Below, piece by piece: positions 48,284-57,109 of a DNA stretch of 64,000 nt (its first letter is position 1; each line of letters starts with the position of its first letter). The notes beneath the pieces are model-generated. The model was not told the DNA's origin and made no database searches. It saw only the letters and a list, made by a program, of their open reading frames with translations. Both the position numbers and the translations under genes were made by a program. The stretch is from positions 1-64,000 of IMG/VR virus record IMGVR_UViG_3300043425_001539; one strand, 5' to 3'.

Positions 48284-50125
48284 TTAAATTCTTCCTTCAA
48301 GCCACTTTTTTCTTTTGTCTGATGATACACCAAATGCAATGTCAATAAATTTTCCAGCTGACCTATCTTGTCTTACTTTGAACATTTTTCTTTCAGCCAT
48401 AATTACTTGCCAATCTTCAATGCTTAAAGATCCTAAACCTTTTAAATATCGAACTCCTTTATAAGCTTGTCCGCTTTTTTCAAATTCACCCCATTCTTGC
48501 AATGAATAAAAATATTTGCGTTTATTATTTACTTCGGCTGAAACAAGAGGAGTTATTAAAATATTTAATTTGCCTTGCTCAATTACTTGAGGAAACCATT
48601 TATAAAAAAGATTAATTACCAAAGATGCAATATGTCCAATTCCATCAGGATCCCAATCAGTTGCAATTGCAATGTTGGCAAAAGAACATTTACTTCCGTC
48701 TTTAGGTTCAAGATTTAAGATATTCATTAAATCAATAATTTCATTGTTTGTACTTAAATCTGATAGACTCCTTGCATTTTTAATTTTTCCTTTTAATGAA
48801 TAAACAGCATCAACTCGCGGATCTCTTTTTTGTAAAATTGAACCCATAGCCGAAGACCCTTCTACAATAAATAAAGTTCCTTTACTTCCTGACGGCGGAA
48901 AATACTTGTCGCTGATTTTCTTTGCTGCTGCTCTCTTTTTACTTTTGATTGCATTTAAATCTTGTTTAAGATTACGCTCGTCAATTTTCTTCTTTACATT
49001 TTCATAAAATTCTGATCTTAATACTCCATTTTTTAGTTTTTTATAAAATTCTTTTTCAAGTAAAGGTTGAATTTCCCACCGGCCTGCAGCATATTTAGTT
49101 TTATTTTGATCCGCAAATCTAACCAATTTAGGAGGTACATTTAAAACTAAAAATGTATCATAAAAGTGATGGCCTAATTGATAGTCAAGCATTTCGTTGA
49201 TCCAATCAATAAATATTTTTTGATGAATGCCTGTGCAGATAGCGCCATTCACAAAAGATGCGCTTGCGCCGTTTTCATATTTTTCCCAAGCAAAAAATAT
49301 TCCCAATTTGGTTTTAAACATAAGTGCATTATCAGGCAAAAAAGGCAAATTAAGATCAAGCTTCTCGCCATCAAACACAAATTCAATTTCCAAATTGGAA
49401 ATTACCGGGTCTTCCTTTTTAAGGAATTGCCGAAAAATAAACATTGTATGCAAATACTCTTTATCCCATGTGCAATTTTTAAAAACATCTTTTCTTGGAA
49501 TATAAGTTACTGTTGTTCCTGTAACAGCATTCTTTTTCTTTTCGGTTTTCTCTTCTTTGTCTTTGACAAATTTTGTCCAATGAACTTCAAAATGAACCTC
49601 ATTATTTGTGGTTGATACACTAAATTCATCAGACAACATATTAACCAATGCAGCGCCTACGCCGTTTGTTCCGATAAGAGAGTCTGATGAATTTTCGTTA
49701 TAAAAATTTGAACCTGCTCGCAACATTGACATTGCTGTCTCAACATTTGATTGTCCTGTTTTAGGATTAGGCTTTTCTGCATTTATAAATCCGCTTCCAG
49801 TATCTGTTACGGTTACCTGATTTGTTTTGGAATTTATTTCTACCGTAATCTTCGGCATTGTGCCTTTCATTCTTTTTGCTTCGTCAAAAGCATTGTCTAC
49901 AATCTCATTGAGCATTTTGTAGAATCCAACTGAAACAATTTTATTTTTTTCTACAAGTTTGCCATTTTCCACAATTTGAACTTTTTCTTCTGTCTTTTCT
50001 ACACTTCCTATATACATAGTTGGTCTAGCAAGACAGTGTTCAAAATCGCTTAATGCAACTATGGTTTTATTGTCATATTTTGACCTTTTTTCTTTTTCTA
50101 AATCCTTCGGATCTTTATTTGCCAT
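48284..50125 (-). CDS. Type II topoisomerase, ATPase/TOPRIM subunit (gp39+60/GyrB-like)
   Basis: RPTMYIGS, EIVDNAFDE, DTGSG, GTNGVG, EGSSA, LKGK, TDWDPDG, YLKGLGS. Confidence 0.93.
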   Translation of the reverse strand: MANKDPKDLEKEKRSKYDNKTIVALSDFEHCLARPTMYIGSVEKTEEKVQIVENGKLVEKNKIVSVGFYKMLNEIVDNAFDEAKRMKGTMPKITVEINSKTNQVTVTDTGSGFINAEKPNPKTGQSNVETAMSMLRAGSNFYNENSSDSLIGTNGVGAALVNMLSDEFSVSTTNNEVHFEVHWTKFVKDKEEKTEKKKNAVTGTTVTYIPRKDVFKNCTWDKEYLHTMFIFRQFLKKEDPVISNLEIEFVFDGEKLDLNLPFLPDNALMFKTKLGIFFAWEKYENGASASFVNGAICTGIHQKIFIDWINEMLDYQLGHHFYDTFLVLNVPPKLVRFADQNKTKYAAGRWEIQPLLEKEFYKKLKNGVLRSEFYENVKKKIDERNLKQDLNAIKSKKRAAAKKISDKYFPPSGSKGTLFIVEGSSAMGSILQKRDPRVDAVYSLKGKIKNARSLSDLSTNNEIIDLMNILNLEPKDGSKCSFANIAIATDWDPDGIGHIASLVINLFYKWFPQVIEQGKLNILITPLVSAEVNNKRKYFYSLQEWGEFEKSGQAYKGVRYLKGLGSLSIEDWQVIMAERKMFKVRQDRSAGKFIDIAFGVSSDKRKKWLEGRI

Positions 50126-50173
50126 AATTTATTTTTTTGTTATTTTTAAGATGCTATTTTCTTGTTGTTATAA

Positions 50174-50223
50174 TTATATCACACAAAAGAAAAAAGTTCT
50201 GTAGAAGTCATCTACAGAACTTT
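50174..50223 (-). terminator. Terminator hairpin overlapping the middle-type promoter GAACT-N14-GATATAA
   Basis: AAAGTTCTGTAGA/TCTACAGAACTTT inverted repeat. Confidence 0.7.
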
Positions 50224-50246
50224 GTATCTTAAATATTTTAAATATT

Positions 50247-50702
50247 TTAATTTTCAGAAAGAGTAACCATGTATCTATACATAAATCCTTTAATCTCCAT
50301 TGATTTACCTATTTGACTGGATTTAAAACCCATTGCTTTTAATCGGCTAATAACACCATCCCTGCCTCTGTTAGTCTCACAACGATAAATCAATCTACGT
50401 TCTCCATTATATTCTACCAATTCTTGAGTGTTTGCACCTATTTCCCAAGCATCTTTTGTAAGTAATTCTTCAAATTTGGGGTCTTTGGCAAATTTGTTGC
50501 TTTCATTGATAAATTTATCATATTCCTGTCCGTAGCCATTACTTGTTAGAATATCTTCAACATCTTCTAATGAATAATTGTTTGGCAATTCTTTTTTAAG
50601 CCAAGATAAGCTTGGATTTGCTTTAATGATTTTATTTACCAATTTTTCTGGTGTAATTTTTCCTTCGTTGATAAAACTGTCAAAATCTTTAATGGGTTTC
50701 AT
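50247..50702 (-). CDS. Hypothetical protein with a capsid-targeting-like N-terminus (ATG at 50702)
   Basis: MKPIKDFDSFINE; internal DKFINE. Confidence 0.65.
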   Translation of the reverse strand: MKPIKDFDSFINEGKITPEKLVNKIIKANPSLSWLKKELPNNYSLEDVEDILTSNGYGQEYDKFINESNKFAKDPKFEELLTKDAWEIGANTQELVEYNGERRLIYRCETNRGRDGVISRLKAMGFKSSQIGKSMEIKGFMYRYMVTLSEN

Positions 50703-50718
50703 GCTTGTGTTTTTTTTA

Positions 50719-51288
50719 TTAAACATTTCTTTTTCTAAAGGTCCAAGGACTAACTTTAATTCCTTTTTGACCCCATAGACCAAGTTTTTGTTTTTTTGCA
50801 TTTTTTTGTAATTCTTTAAGTTTCTCTCTTTCTTCTTTAGGCATTTCTTTACCCGGATCATAAAACCAAGCATACCCATTTTCAATTAAGTACTCCGATA
50901 AATCTTTACCGTTTACATAAATTTTTGCAACCATTCTGTCATAAATATCAGCATACATAGGAACTACATAAACGCATTCTCCTTTAATTTTTTCTCTTAC
51001 ATGATCGCCAGCTTCCCTGCCAAAAATTTGGGTTTTTCTTACATAAGGAGAATAAACTTCTGGGCAATCTGCTGCATACAATCTTACCCAAACAAATGTA
51101 TTTGTGGTAGAAGTATCAAACTTAATTTTGTAACTGTCACCATCATGGACAGCAAAAACTTTTGCATTAGTTGCTATGCTGTCGGATTGAGTGTAGACTG
51201 TTGTGTCGGTTGCTATACTGTCAGTTTGTGCATAAGCTGTTACAGTTGAAAAAATAGATAATAATAAAATTTTTAGTAAGTTTTTCAT
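50719..51288 (-). CDS. Thermonuclease (staphylococcal nuclease family) with signal peptide
   Basis: HDGDS, VRL..ADCPE, DIYDR, LIENGYAW, AK..KLGLW. Confidence 0.88.
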   Translation of the reverse strand: MKNLLKILLLSIFSTVTAYAQTDSIATDTTVYTQSDSIATNAKVFAVHDGDSYKIKFDTSTTNTFVWVRLYAADCPEVYSPYVRKTQIFGREAGDHVREKIKGECVYVVPMYADIYDRMVAKIYVNGKDLSEYLIENGYAWFYDPGKEMPKEEREKLKELQKNAKKQKLGLWGQKGIKVSPWTFRKRNV

Positions 51289-51309
51289 AAATGTTTTTTT
51301 TTTTTATTT

Positions 51310-51600
51310 TTAATCGACTACAAATACTAAGTAAACTTTGCCATCTGTATTACGCCATCCAATGTAAGGAATATCAGCGTTTTCAAGTTCTTTTGCCATT
51401 CTATTTGATTGAGTCTGAATTTTTACATCAACGAATGCAAGATCCTCAGGAAATGCATTATTATCTTCCATAAAATTATTAAGTAAATTATCAACGCCTG
51501 TTATATTCATATCTGAGTATTCATTGGCATTCCACTTATTTTTGAATTGCTGGCCTTTTCCTTCATTCAAGAAGGCTTCACATTCTTTGATGTGTTTCAT
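51310..51600 (-). CDS. Small acidic protein, paralog 2, capsid-targeting-like N-terminus
   Basis: MKHIKECEAFLNE; similar to 51614-51916. Confidence 0.75.
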   Translation of the reverse strand: MKHIKECEAFLNEGKGQQFKNKWNANEYSDMNITGVDNLLNNFMEDNNAFPEDLAFVDVKIQTQSNRMAKELENADIPYIGWRNTDGKVYLVFVVD

Positions 51601-51613
51601 AATTTTTTTATTT

Positions 51614-51916
51614 TTAATCGACTACAAATACCAAATAATCTTCATCGTCATCAGCATTATGCCAATCAATATAAGGAAGATTAGCTGTTTCGAGCTCTTT
51701 TGTCATTTGCTTAACCTGAGATTGAGATTTCATTGTTACATTAACAAATGCAACGTCATCAGGTGAAGCATTGTTATCTTCCATAAAAGTATTAAGTAGG
51801 TCAACATCATCACCTATTATGCTCATGTCCCAATACTCATCGGCATCCCATTTATTTTTTAAATGTTCGCCTTTTCCTTCGTTCAAGAAGGATTCAAATT
51901 CTTTGATATGTTTCAT
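51614..51916 (-). CDS. Small acidic protein, paralog 1 (ATG at 51916)
   Basis: MKHIKEFESFLNE; late motif at 51931-51941. Confidence 0.75.
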   Translation of the reverse strand: MKHIKEFESFLNEGKGEHLKNKWDADEYWDMSIIGDDVDLLNTFMEDNNASPDDVAFVNVTMKSQSQVKQMTKELETANLPYIDWHNADDDEDYLVFVVD

Positions 51917-51939
51917 ATTTTTTAATTTTATTTTATATA

Positions 51940-53766
51940 TCATTTTATTTCTGAATATAACATAATTTTCATACCTTTTTTGTTTGCCGTTGACATTTTT
52001 GAGCTTGAGGATGCCAAATCATCGGTAAACAAAACTTTTGCATCTTTTATACCTGCGTGGTAATAACCTTTTGATTTTGCAAATTCTAAAAATTCTTCTT
52101 TTGTTTTAAATCCAGCTGATTTAGGAGAACCTGTAAATTCACAAGGAATCATATCATCTGCAATTTTTTCAGGCATAACTATTTCCAAAAACTTTGAAAG
52201 ATTTTGAACTGCACTTTCATATTTCTCTCTCTTTTTTTCACCTTGGCCAAATCCTGATATTACTGTTTTTTCCAAACCTGCAAAATTATATTTTACACCT
52301 GAGAGCATATTTCCAATTTGCTTTGCTGATGAATATCCCATTCCAGGAAATCCTAACATTAATACAACATCAGCAGGTTTAAGTGTTTTGATTTTGGCAA
52401 TTTCGTTAAACATATTATCAACAGTTTTACCAGGCTTGAGATCACTGTTTGCATATAAATGTTGTTTGGTAAATTTAGTAGGATCAAGTATTTCAACAGC
52501 TGATCTATATCCTGCTTTCCAAAGTTGTTTAATCATTGCTCCACCGACGCCATCAATTCCTAATTGTTGAACTCCTTGAGCAAACATATTATAAGCAATG
52601 TTTTCACAAGTAGGATTAACACACATTAAGTGAATTCCTTGTGTGTGTAATTCTGAGCCACATTTGCAAGTTTTAGGAACAATTAGATTATTGCGAGATC
52701 CTTGAACAACAACCCGAGTAATTTGAGGAATAATGTCTCCGGATTTTGCGATCGCAACAGTTGCACCCGGAAAAGCTCCTTTAGATAATAAATATCCGTA
52801 ATTAAATAAAGCGGCGCGGGAAACGGTTGTTCCGTCAAGTTCAACAGGTTCCATTACAGCAACCGGTGTTACTTCACCTGTTTTGCCGTATTGCCAAGAT
52901 ATTCCAGTTATTTTGGTTATTGCTTCTTTAGGTGGGAATTTAATTGCAACCGCCCAATTTGGATCATGTGAATTTTCTCCCCACACAGGACGAATTTCTT
53001 CGGGCGCCTTAATTACAAATCCGTCTAATTGATATTCACAAGTATTACGGTATTTTAACATTTTTTCATACACATCAGCAAAGTTTGTTGCCTGATTTTT
53101 AAATGTGTATGGTTGATATTTAAAATTCAAAGAAGATGTATCAGTATAAATAACATTCTCGTTTTCGTGGATTTTAACCTCGACAGGAATAAAATCCAAA
53201 TCAGCAATAACACTTGTAGGATTTTCGTCGCGGTTTAAAACACCAGCAACATAATTTCTTGGATTTTTAAAATCGGAATATTTTTGATTAAATGTAGCAA
53301 TTTTAATTACAACCTCACCGCGTACCTCCACAATACCTTTTACATCGATGCTGTCTGGAACATTGTGCTTTACCTTTTCTGTAATATCTCTGCCTTTATT
53401 GCCATTTCCTCGTGACAATATTTGTATCAACTTACCATCTTGATATATGACGTTTGCGGCGTTGCCGTCATATTTTGGAGAAAACTCAAATTCAACTTTA
53501 CCAAATTGTTTCATCCAATTGGACGCTGATTCAATTGGCGGTTTTCCCGACAAAGATGCTTGATATTTTGATAATGAAAGCATCGGAGATGGGTGGGAAT
53601 ATTTTGCCTTACGATCTGATGCTCCTACTTTATGTGGAGCATCAGATCCAAGTAATAGCAATTGTTTTTCTATGTGGTCAAATTCATCGTCAGAAACAAT
53701 AGGCGTCCCAGCATAATAGGCATCTTTTGCTTCAAAGTAAAGTTGTTCTAATTGAAACCTTTCCAT
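51940..53766 (-). CDS. ligA: NAD-dependent DNA ligase (ATG at 53766)
   Basis: YYAG.P..SDDEFD, PMLSL, KYDG, RGNG..G.DIT, EVRGE, NPRN, AIKF, GDIIP, zinc finger, BRCT-like end. Confidence 0.93.
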   Translation of the reverse strand: MERFQLEQLYFEAKDAYYAGTPIVSDDEFDHIEKQLLLLGSDAPHKVGASDRKAKYSHPSPMLSLSKYQASLSGKPPIESASNWMKQFGKVEFEFSPKYDGNAANVIYQDGKLIQILSRGNGNKGRDITEKVKHNVPDSIDVKGIVEVRGEVVIKIATFNQKYSDFKNPRNYVAGVLNRDENPTSVIADLDFIPVEVKIHENENVIYTDTSSLNFKYQPYTFKNQATNFADVYEKMLKYRNTCEYQLDGFVIKAPEEIRPVWGENSHDPNWAVAIKFPPKEAITKITGISWQYGKTGEVTPVAVMEPVELDGTTVSRAALFNYGYLLSKGAFPGATVAIAKSGDIIPQITRVVVQGSRNNLIVPKTCKCGSELHTQGIHLMCVNPTCENIAYNMFAQGVQQLGIDGVGGAMIKQLWKAGYRSAVEILDPTKFTKQHLYANSDLKPGKTVDNMFNEIAKIKTLKPADVVLMLGFPGMGYSSAKQIGNMLSGVKYNFAGLEKTVISGFGQGEKKREKYESAVQNLSKFLEIVMPEKIADDMIPCEFTGSPKSAGFKTKEEFLEFAKSKGYYHAGIKDAKVLFTDDLASSSSKMSTANKKGMKIMLYSEIK

Positions 53767-53786
53767 ATTTGTTTGAATAATTATAT

Positions 53787-53820
53787 TACAAATATACAAC
53801 TATTTGTTGAATAAAAAAAA
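53787..53820 (-). promoter_or_regulatory. Early (host-sigma) promoter, TAnnTTTG type
   Basis: TATATTTG at 53789-53796 in the same context as the other two copies. Confidence 0.7.
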
Positions 53821-53869
53821 TTTTTAGGTAACTTTTTTTCTTAAAAAGTGTTAAAATTTTCTATAAGAT

Positions 53870-54544
53870 TTAATCTAATTTAAGAATAATATTTTTTAGC
53901 TTAGCACAGTTTTCATATTCTTCGCTTTCAACATACATATCTATCATTTGATTCAATGTAAGAATCATATCATTTATATTTTTGACAGTTACTAATATGT
54001 CTTCATCTTCATATAAAATTAAATCTTTTAATATGTCAATTTCCGATGTTGTAATAAATTCAAATATTGACCTAAAAAAATCTTTTATTTCTTTTTCCTG
54101 CTCGTTAAGATTAGGATCATATATCCATTCTTCTTTAATACTTATGGAATTTAAAATATCATCAACTTCATATGAATTTTCGATGTCCGATTCTTGCATA
54201 AGTTGTTTAAGTATTAATACAGATTGTACGGTTAATAAAAAACTATTGTCTATTTCTGATGATGAATGGCTTAATTCTGTATCTTTGCACAAACCCCATT
54301 CAATAGGTAATTGCTGTGAAGGTATAACCAAAACTTCTCCACGTAAAGACATATTAAAAACGTCAGATGCAATTTTATTAATAGGGCCTTCTTTTAATGA
54401 TTCATTATAAATTATCCAAACAGGCCCAATTTTGATTGGAGCAACCCATCCTTTAATTAATTCATTTAATCCACCAACGTCAAAACAGTCTGATGGCGGA
54501 TTGACTGTTTTGACGATGGATTCAGTTGTTATTAAAACTGCCAT
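53870..54544 (-). CDS. Hypothetical protein with a C-terminal UvrB/C-like motif
   Basis: ESEEYENCAKLKNII. Confidence 0.6.
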   Translation of the reverse strand: MAVLITTESIVKTVNPPSDCFDVGGLNELIKGWVAPIKIGPVWIIYNESLKEGPINKIASDVFNMSLRGEVLVIPSQQLPIEWGLCKDTELSHSSSEIDNSFLLTVQSVLILKQLMQESDIENSYEVDDILNSISIKEEWIYDPNLNEQEKEIKDFFRSIFEFITTSEIDILKDLILYEDEDILVTVKNINDMILTLNQMIDMYVESEEYENCAKLKNIILKLD

Positions 54545-54566
54545 AAATTATTTGTTATTTTCGTAA

Positions 54567-55646
54567 TCATCCTTCACAACTTACGCAATCTGGGTCAGTT
54601 GCTCTTGCTGCTATATCACCTCGTAATACACTTTCTGTCCTTGTATAATATAAAGTTTTAATACCTTGTCGCCAAGCTTCCATATGTACTTGGTTAATCC
54701 ATTTAGGTTCAGCGCTTGAAGGGAAGGCAAGATTTAAAGAGACAGATTGATCTATGTATTGTTGTCGTATCCCAGCTTGCTTGACTAAATCCAATTGATT
54801 AATTTCTTTAAATGTCTTAAATACATCTTTAACCATATTGCATCTGTTTTGCTCATCTTGAGTTAATTCGTTAAAATTACACACCTTTCCGTCAAGAAAA
54901 CACCAGGAATCCAAAAAGTCCAGTCCTTGAATAGAACCGCCGTCCACAAAAATTTGATCCCAAACTTCTTTGGTATTTTTACCAATTCCTTCAAGTACTT
55001 TTTCAAGTTCGTGGTTTTTTCTAATAAAAGTTCCTTTTGCAGTTTGCTCAGTAAAAACATTGGCAGCCCAAGGCTCAATACCTGAAGATACGTTTCCACT
55101 TAATTTGGAATTTGACACAGTTGGAGCAACAGCACGTAAATGTGTATTTCTAAATCCTGTGTCTTTGCACCATAAAGGTTCACCGTATTCGTTTGCCAAA
55201 TCTCTACTTGCTCTTTCGCTTTCAATTTTTAATTGTGAAAAAATTCTGCGAGTTTCAAACTGAGCCTGTAGGCCTTCAAAAGGAATTCCGTTTTGTTGCA
55301 AATATGTATGCCATCCAAGTACGCCTAATCCTAATGCTCTTCCTTTTTCAGCTGATCTTACAGCATTTTCAAAGCCTTTCATATTTTTGGCTTTTTGTAT
55401 AAATTCCTCTAAAACTCCATCCAAAAACCAAGTAGCTGTATACATCAAATCCGTATCTTTCCACTCGTTGTATTTAGCAAGATTGAGAGAACTTAAACAA
55501 CAAACAAAAGAGTGCGATTCATCAGTGAAAAGCACAATTTCACTACAATTATGGACTAATATATCATTAGCATAAAAGTTTTTATTTTCAGCAACTGTTA
55601 TATCATAAACCGGTTCACGTTTTGTTGTTTTTTTAATTTTTAACAT
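54567..55646 (-). CDS. nrdA: Ribonucleotide reductase alpha C-part preceded by a 33-aa split-intein C-fragment
   Basis: VYDITV..NFYANDILVHN|CSEI..CCLSSLNL, APT, DQSVS.NL, KTLYY, CVSCEG. Confidence 0.93.
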   Translation of the reverse strand: MLKIKKTTKREPVYDITVAENKNFYANDILVHNCSEIVLFTDESHSFVCCLSSLNLAKYNEWKDTDLMYTATWFLDGVLEEFIQKAKNMKGFENAVRSAEKGRALGLGVLGWHTYLQQNGIPFEGLQAQFETRRIFSQLKIESERASRDLANEYGEPLWCKDTGFRNTHLRAVAPTVSNSKLSGNVSSGIEPWAANVFTEQTAKGTFIRKNHELEKVLEGIGKNTKEVWDQIFVDGGSIQGLDFLDSWCFLDGKVCNFNELTQDEQNRCNMVKDVFKTFKEINQLDLVKQAGIRQQYIDQSVSLNLAFPSSAEPKWINQVHMEAWRQGIKTLYYTRTESVLRGDIAARATDPDCVSCEG

Positions 55647-57055
55647 GTTTCAACTTTATTTTTTATTTTTATAAATTCAAATTGATCTAAATGAGTTTCT
55701 AAATTTTCTTTTAATTTTTGTGAAAATCTAGAAGAATTTGAATTTTCTTCAATTATCCTAGATTCATTTATATTATACTTTATCTCTGCAATACATTTAT
55801 CGTTTATTATTAAATAAAACATTACTTCACCCCAGTCTGGTTCAACTGTATAAAAGAACAAACCGTTACTAATAAAATAGCTTTTGGTTGGCAAATTCTT
55901 TATTATTTCATTTCTAGTAAGTCCTATAGAAATTCCCTTATTAGGTTCTATATTTTCCATTTCATGTGTTTTTTGATATATTTCCATTTCTTTCATTTTT
56001 TTAAAGTCTTTTATTGATAAGCCTTCTATGTTTGTTAGAAAAATATAATTATGATACTTTGCAGAAAACATAACACAATCTTGTATTTTTTCAAAATTTG
56101 ATTCATCTCTAATATATCCTTTTAATTCTATTAAATATTCTTCGTTATCAATATTAATAATAAAATCTGGCGTATATAATTTAGAGCCAATGCAAATAGT
56201 TACATTTTCATAAGACCAACTTTCTAATATATTTTCATTTGGTTTAATTATTTTTTCTATAAACTCAGATTCTAAAGAAGATCTAGTAATAAAAGGTTCT
56301 GTATTAAGGCATTTTTTAAAATCTGCGTTGTTAAATTCTGTTCTTTTAAATATTGGATTACCCATTGAATTTGAACCCATTATTGAATGATATGTCCCTA
56401 TTATAGAATTTATAATTTTATATGCCTCATCTAAATTACTGTCGGTTAAGTTTTTTAAGATATCTTTATCATAATATTTTTTATAAGCTTCTTTATTCCA
56501 AAAGTTTTGTATTTTAGATAATTTATATTCATCGCTATTAACTATCTTTCGTCGAAACTGCGAATAAATTTTATCTACATTTTCATTGGAGACGCCATCC
56601 AAGAAATATCCTTTATTTGATAAAACCAATCTTTTCCAATCTGTAGTATTAAATTCTTTATCGTAAGATTTTCGTTTATCTGTCCAATTATCCTTCTTAT
56701 TTTTTAAATTAGGTCTACCTTTAAGTTTTTTAGAGTGATCTGGTCTTCTTTTACCTCTAAATGAATGTCCCCTATTATAATTAGCATCTTTTACATCATG
56801 TCTAAATGTTATATTATCAAAAATTTTGTATTTGTTATCATCAACTTCAGATTTACAAACTTTTAAGAAATCATCTAATGTTAAGATTTTATTTTTTATA
56901 ATATACTTTAGTACATAAAAATATTTATCTTTATAGACTTTCTTACAAATATGTATAATACTTGAATCTATTAAATCTTCAATTTTTTCAATATTTTTTT
57001 TGATAGTTAATACAGATAGTTTTTTATACCCTTGTAATACTTCTAAAGTGTTCAT
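55640..57055 (-). mobile_element. Free-standing PD-(D/E)xK homing endonuclease between the nrdA halves (likely ATG at 57055)
   Basis: GKRRPDHSKKLKG (NUMOD-like); RSSLE..WSYE..YTPDF..LIELKG. Confidence 0.75.
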
Positions 57056-57104
57056 GACCAATATAAATTTTATTTATGTTATATATTCAAGTCATGAACA
57101 CTTT
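57045..57104 (-). promoter_or_regulatory. 14-bp hairpin sequestering the HEG AUG, with a late-like promoter in the loop
   Basis: AAAGTGTTCATGAC..GAATATATAAC..GTCATGAACACTTT. Confidence 0.8.
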
Positions 57105-57109
57105 TTTAC

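Noticed and set aside
50703-50885. 5' extensions in the ORF track (50885, 30078, 37503, 43342, 51943, 53799, 61440)
   Set aside because: They overlap neighbouring genes or promoter motifs; downstream ATGs fit better.
55668-55700. Middle-type promoter at the end of the nrdA HEG
   Set aside because: AAACT-N16-AATTTAT has off spacing and a poor -10; too weak in AT-rich DNA.
33599-57104. Group I introns as the explanation for the interrupted gp46, uvsX and nrdA genes
   Set aside because: Each break has protein-level intein motifs, and the HEG ORFs fill the gaps with no room for a ribozyme core.
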